DNA from: Bdellovibrionota bacterium
Lineage (GTDB): Bacteria > Bdellovibrionota_C > UBA2361 > OMII01
Reading direction: 5' to 3'
Assembly (NCBI GenBank): GCA_044344945.1
Contig: JBIJBZ010000002.1
Coordinates: 1 to 59,062 of the forward strand
DNA: 59,062 bases
Below the pieces are notes generated by a model. That model saw nothing but the letters and a program-made list of their open reading frames with translations, was not told the origin of the DNA and did not search any database. Below, piece by piece: positions 55,413 through 59,062 of the stretch (position 1 is its first letter; the number at the start of each line of letters is the position of its first letter). Both the position numbers and the translations under genes were made by a program.

Positions 55413-56888
55413 CTATACGTCGAATTTCTGTCTCACGTAGGTGATGAACGAATCGGTCGAGAGGGGACGACCGGCAATCCTTTGAATGAGTTCGGGTCCA
55501 GCAAACGCCATGCCGTGCTGATGGACATTTCGGTTGAGCCACTGAAGGAGGCTCGAAAAGTCGCCCCGCTCAACGTCTGAGTCCAGTGTTGGTAAGGCTG
55601 ACCGGATCGATTCATACATCATCGCACCGTAAAGGTTTCCGAGCGCATAGGTTGGGAAGTAACCGATTAGCCCGTTGTACCAGTGCACATCCTGCAACAC
55701 CCCATCGCTATCTGATGGTGGTTGTAGCCCAATAAATTTCCTATACAGTTCATTCCAGGCAGCGGGGAGATCTCGCACTGACAGCTCCTTGTTTAGGAGC
55801 GCCGCTTCAAGCTGCATCCGGATAACGACATGGAGCGAGTAGGTGACTTCATCTGCTTCGACGCGGATAAGGCTACGTTGAATGTGATTGGTATGAGCCC
55901 AGATTTCATCAGGTGAGGTAGATTTGTGCAGTTCCGGAAGAAACTCCCCGATGAGTGAGTGCAGATACTTCGCAAATGGTCTACTACGACCGATAATATT
56001 CTCCCACAATCTACTTTGCGACTCGTGTATTCCAAGCGAAACAGCAGACCCCATTGGAGTTCCGACCCACTTCTTTGGAAGGCCATCTTCGTACAGAGCA
56101 TGCCCCGCCTCGTGTAGTGCGGTGAACATCCCTGACAGGTAATTGTCTTCAGCATAGCGCGTCGTTATGCGGATATCGTGAGCGCCGAGTGATGTACAGA
56201 AGGGGTGAGGGGCTCGGTCCAGTCGACCGGATTCAAAGTCGTAACCGATAGCAGAGCAGAGCTTCTGACAGAGAGCGTGCTGAGCGTCGAGGGCAATAGG
56301 TTCGCGGAGCGGAGCAATCGGCTGTTGTTTATCGAGAATGGCGGGCAAGAGCGCGGAGAGTTTGGTCGCAAGCTCAAGAAGAAGGGGCTTGATGTGGCTT
56401 AGCTTTCCATACGGTTCATAGTAGTCGAGGAGCGCATCGTATGGATTCTCATCGTAGCCGACCAGGTCTGCTTTCTGTTGTGCCAAGGCAAACAGTCGCT
56501 CTAAGAGCGGCTCCACCCGCGCAAAATCGTTGGCCGGGCGAGCAGCGGTCCACTCGTGGTAGCACTGCGAGGCGAGCTTGGCACTCTCCTCAACAAAGGC
56601 CGCGGGCAGCTTCAATTCCTTTTCAGTTATTCGCCAGGTTTCCCGCACATTCACCACGTCCTCAAACGAGAGATCTCCTCGATCTCGGAGTTCCTTGACC
56701 ACCTCTATAAATTGGGGGTCCGTCCGTTTTGCGTGAAGAATAGTTTGCATCATCGCAATCTGTTCGGAGCGTTCAGCAGCTCCCTTGTGCGGTAGGTTTA
56801 CCTGTTGGTCCCAGTCGAGCGCTGCTGAGATGGAGTTCAGGGTGTGCATTTCGTGAAGTAATTGGTAGAGGCGATCGATTGTAGTCAT
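55413..56888 (-). CDS. M32 family carboxypeptidase (Taq-like)
   Basis: HEAGHALYE, HPFCTSLG, GIHESQSRLWEN and IRVEADEVTY. Confidence 0.9.
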   Translation of the reverse strand: MTTIDRLYQLLHEMHTLNSISAALDWDQQVNLPHKGAAERSEQIAMMQTILHAKRTDPQFIEVVKELRDRGDLSFEDVVNVRETWRITEKELKLPAAFVEESAKLASQCYHEWTAARPANDFARVEPLLERLFALAQQKADLVGYDENPYDALLDYYEPYGKLSHIKPLLLELATKLSALLPAILDKQQPIAPLREPIALDAQHALCQKLCSAIGYDFESGRLDRAPHPFCTSLGAHDIRITTRYAEDNYLSGMFTALHEAGHALYEDGLPKKWVGTPMGSAVSLGIHESQSRLWENIIGRSRPFAKYLHSLIGEFLPELHKSTSPDEIWAHTNHIQRSLIRVEADEVTYSLHVVIRMQLEAALLNKELSVRDLPAAWNELYRKFIGLQPPSDSDGVLQDVHWYNGLIGYFPTYALGNLYGAMMYESIRSALPTLDSDVERGDFSSLLQWLNRNVHQHGMAFAGPELIQRIAGRPLSTDSFITYVRQKFDV

Positions 56889-57028
56889 GGTAATTTCCCG
56901 GAGCTAAAGTCTAGTCTCTGATGATGGTGCTGGTGCCGTAACCTGGTTTCAAGGATGGTATCAGACTCGATATTTTTAGCGAGGGGGAACGTCATCGTTG
57001 GCGCTAGGCAGGCTCAACGTCGGTGCTG

Positions 57029-58027
57029 CTACGCAGCCACTGTGGTGGCGGCTTCCCAGGCTAGCTTCGCATCTGAACCCAATTGGGCCTCATGGTGGGT
57101 GATTATCATTGAAGCCAGACGTGCGGCTCCTCGAGCAGAATTCTCTGGTGTAAGATCTTTCATGAGGCCTGCCAAGAAAGCTCCGGCGAAGATATCTCCC
57201 GCGCCGGTGGTGTTGAGGACTTGTCCTTCGCTGGGAAAGGCCGGCGTGTGCCACTGCCGGTTGTTCATCCAGCCAAATGCTCCGTGTTTCCCGTTGGTGA
57301 CGATGACTGATGGTAGGAGCTTAGAGAGAGTGGTTATAGCGCTTTGAGGAGATGAAGTTTCCGTGAGGCGCATTGCCTCGGCAGCGTTGGCAAAGATTAG
57401 ATCGATGAGTGGTAGGATCTCTTGTCGGATTACATCACGCTTTGCATGCACCACGAATTCGGCTCCTACTGACAGCGCAATTTTTGTCCCATAGGACTTG
57501 GCAAGAGCTATCGCCTTGGTAATAGCAGTCGAATTTTTCTCGCTCGCGGTCAAAAAGTAACCCTCAAGGATTAGCCACTCACTTGCCGCTATCGCGGTTT
57601 CCAGAGTGTGTTCGGGGCCAAGCAGCGTTGCTACGCCGTGACATGTACGCATGGTGCGTTCGCCATCTGGCGTGCTGAGGACAAGGCAAGTGCCGGTACG
57701 ACCATCGCGCACTAGGGATAGAGGGGTTTGAATGTCGAGTCGCCGCATCTGGCGATAGAGGTGCTGCCCGTATGTATCATCTCCCGCCAGCCCTAACAAA
57801 GTGCACGGAATAGCAAGTTGTCGAGCGCAGATCAGTGCGTTAGACGCACACCCACCGAGCCCGAGAGTGGGTGTCTTTGGTCCGCACGCATGAATGAGGG
57901 CGTCCTGCTCAGACCGGCTTAGGAGTCCATAGCTGCCAGCGGTGAGGCCTCGCTCGCGGAGGAAATTAAAATCGCACGGCTGGAGTACGTCGATTAGGGG
58001 GTGCGAAAGAGCCGTTATCCTCTTCAT
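57029..58027 (-). CDS. PfkB-family carbohydrate/nucleoside kinase
   Basis: LGGCASNA and NTTGAGDIFAGAFLAGL. Confidence 0.85.
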   Translation of the reverse strand: MKRITALSHPLIDVLQPCDFNFLRERGLTAGSYGLLSRSEQDALIHACGPKTPTLGLGGCASNALICARQLAIPCTLLGLAGDDTYGQHLYRQMRRLDIQTPLSLVRDGRTGTCLVLSTPDGERTMRTCHGVATLLGPEHTLETAIAASEWLILEGYFLTASEKNSTAITKAIALAKSYGTKIALSVGAEFVVHAKRDVIRQEILPLIDLIFANAAEAMRLTETSSPQSAITTLSKLLPSVIVTNGKHGAFGWMNNRQWHTPAFPSEGQVLNTTGAGDIFAGAFLAGLMKDLTPENSARGAARLASMIITHHEAQLGSDAKLAWEAATTVAA

Positions 58028-58196
58028 ATCACCAGGGATCAGAAGACTGTGTGCATTCGTTGTGGCGCTGGGGGTTTCGTGTCCCCTGTGTAGTACTCTA
58101 AGCGATCCATGCGCTCACGATCAAACCTGGATATCGGTTTGTTTTCCGGCTCCGGCGCCGTGGGGCTATCTGCTTAGAATATGGACGTAGGGTGTT

Positions 58197-58727
58197 TTAG
58201 TAGAGGTGCTTCGTGAGCTCGATCTCGTCGCGTATCGGTATGCCGTTCTCAGCTAGCAGGGGTATTTCGGGTTTCTGAGTGCGGGCCTCAGTAATGGCAT
58301 CTGGGTGGATGGCCGATATATGAAATCCTCGCTTTTGGTAGAATGCCAGGGCCTCAAGGTTGTCGTTGGAAGTTATCAGCCATAGGCGAGTAGCGCCCCG
58401 CTTTCGAGCGACTTCTTCGGTGTATTCAATGAGTGAGGAGCCGATTCGTTGGCCACTTCGAAAAGAATTCAGCGTGATGATCTCACACTCCCTGTCGGTA
58501 AGGTGATAGGTTACCAGGCCCTGTATCTTTGTGGTGGTCTGAGCAATAAACCCTGGCAGCGCCGAGGCATCCAGGTGCCTGCCGCGGGAGATGAGTGTCT
58601 GCGAGCCCCACTCGTTTTCAAGGATCTCCTGAACAAGGGGGCGATCCCACTCTTCGATCGGACGAATGAAGATAGTCTGCTCAATCGGGGAAAGGGGAGC
58701 CTGATGTGCCATCATATTCATCACCAC
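58197..58727 (-). CDS. GNAT family N-acetyltransferase
   Basis: FRSGQRIGSSLIEYTEEVARKRGATRLWLITSNDNLEALAFYQKRGF. Confidence 0.85.
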   Translation of the reverse strand: MVMNMMAHQAPLSPIEQTIFIRPIEEWDRPLVQEILENEWGSQTLISRGRHLDASALPGFIAQTTTKIQGLVTYHLTDRECEIITLNSFRSGQRIGSSLIEYTEEVARKRGATRLWLITSNDNLEALAFYQKRGFHISAIHPDAITEARTQKPEIPLLAENGIPIRDEIELTKHLY

Positions 58728-58953
58728 GGTAGTTGTCTCTGGTCAGGGCGTATCGTGAGCCTCACCACCCTGCTAGTAAAGGCGTTGTTTTCAAATGGGG
58801 CCTAGAGTGAATCATACCATTCGGGGCTGACCGTGAGTACGTTTTGGGGTTTCAGGATTCAGAAGAGCATTCAGGTTCCGCGCAACACTCTGAGAATTCC
58901 AGCAGGAATCGCCATCCTTCTGGCTGAGTTTTTTCTTTCAAGGCTACATCGCA

Positions 58954-59062
58954 TGGGATCTCATAATCTTGGAGTATTTCTGGTTAGTTGCCCTGACCGC
59001 AAAGGGATTGTGGCATCCGTTAGCACCTTCTTCTTTGAACGTGGATTTACCATAGTTCATTG
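58954..59062 (+). CDS. purU: ACT-domain start of a formyltetrahydrofolate deformylase-like protein, partial (runs off the window end)
   Basis: MGSHNLGVFLVSCPDRKGIVASVSTFFFERGFTIVH matches the PurU N-terminal pattern. Confidence 0.5.

Overview
59 kb of a Gram-negative-type chromosome (LpxI, DsbD, ArnT-like and PilD are present). I did not compute GC; by eye it is mid-50s %. I cannot assign a lineage from sequence alone. Most of the window is housekeeping: topA, gyrA, rpmH-rnpA-yidD-yidC-mnmE, a lepB-ygfZ-pyrE-ccmH-like-lepB2-ctaB operon, gpsA, mtnN-apt, lpxI, a CDF/redoxin/DsbD cluster, a SulP-carbonic anhydrase pair, an ArnT-like/PAP2 pair, a hybrid histidine kinase, an M32 carboxypeptidase, a PfkB kinase and a GNAT. 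Several accessory patches interrupt it. (1) The best candidate for an undescribed system is a tightly coupled minus-strand operon at 545-3444: two paralogous small membrane proteins, an MJ0619/COG1964-type radical SAM enzyme and a divergent Lgt-like transferase, with a prepilin peptidase just downstream. (2) An island at 23195-27893 lies between mnmE and sulP. It is bounded by two different palindromic repeat elements and encodes a ~1043-aa orphan protein with a C-terminal PPP-type metallophosphatase motif set, an in-frame G10 tract, and a 195-aa orphan partner. (3) An RHH-MNT/HEPN pair sits next to an SF2 helicase. (4) A secreted Cys/His papain-fold candidate is followed by a small secreted partner. 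(5) A low-GC island next to tRNA-Ser carries three transposase remnants and an SGNH hydrolase. (6) DabA and DabB remnants are joined head-to-head. Two repeat families I do not recognise recur in intergenic DNA: a hexamer-phased GTGAAC/GTGCTC palindrome and a ~75-nt GGAACAC-terminated element. I saw no CRISPR array and no rRNA. All homology calls rest on motif recognition by eye, not on searches.
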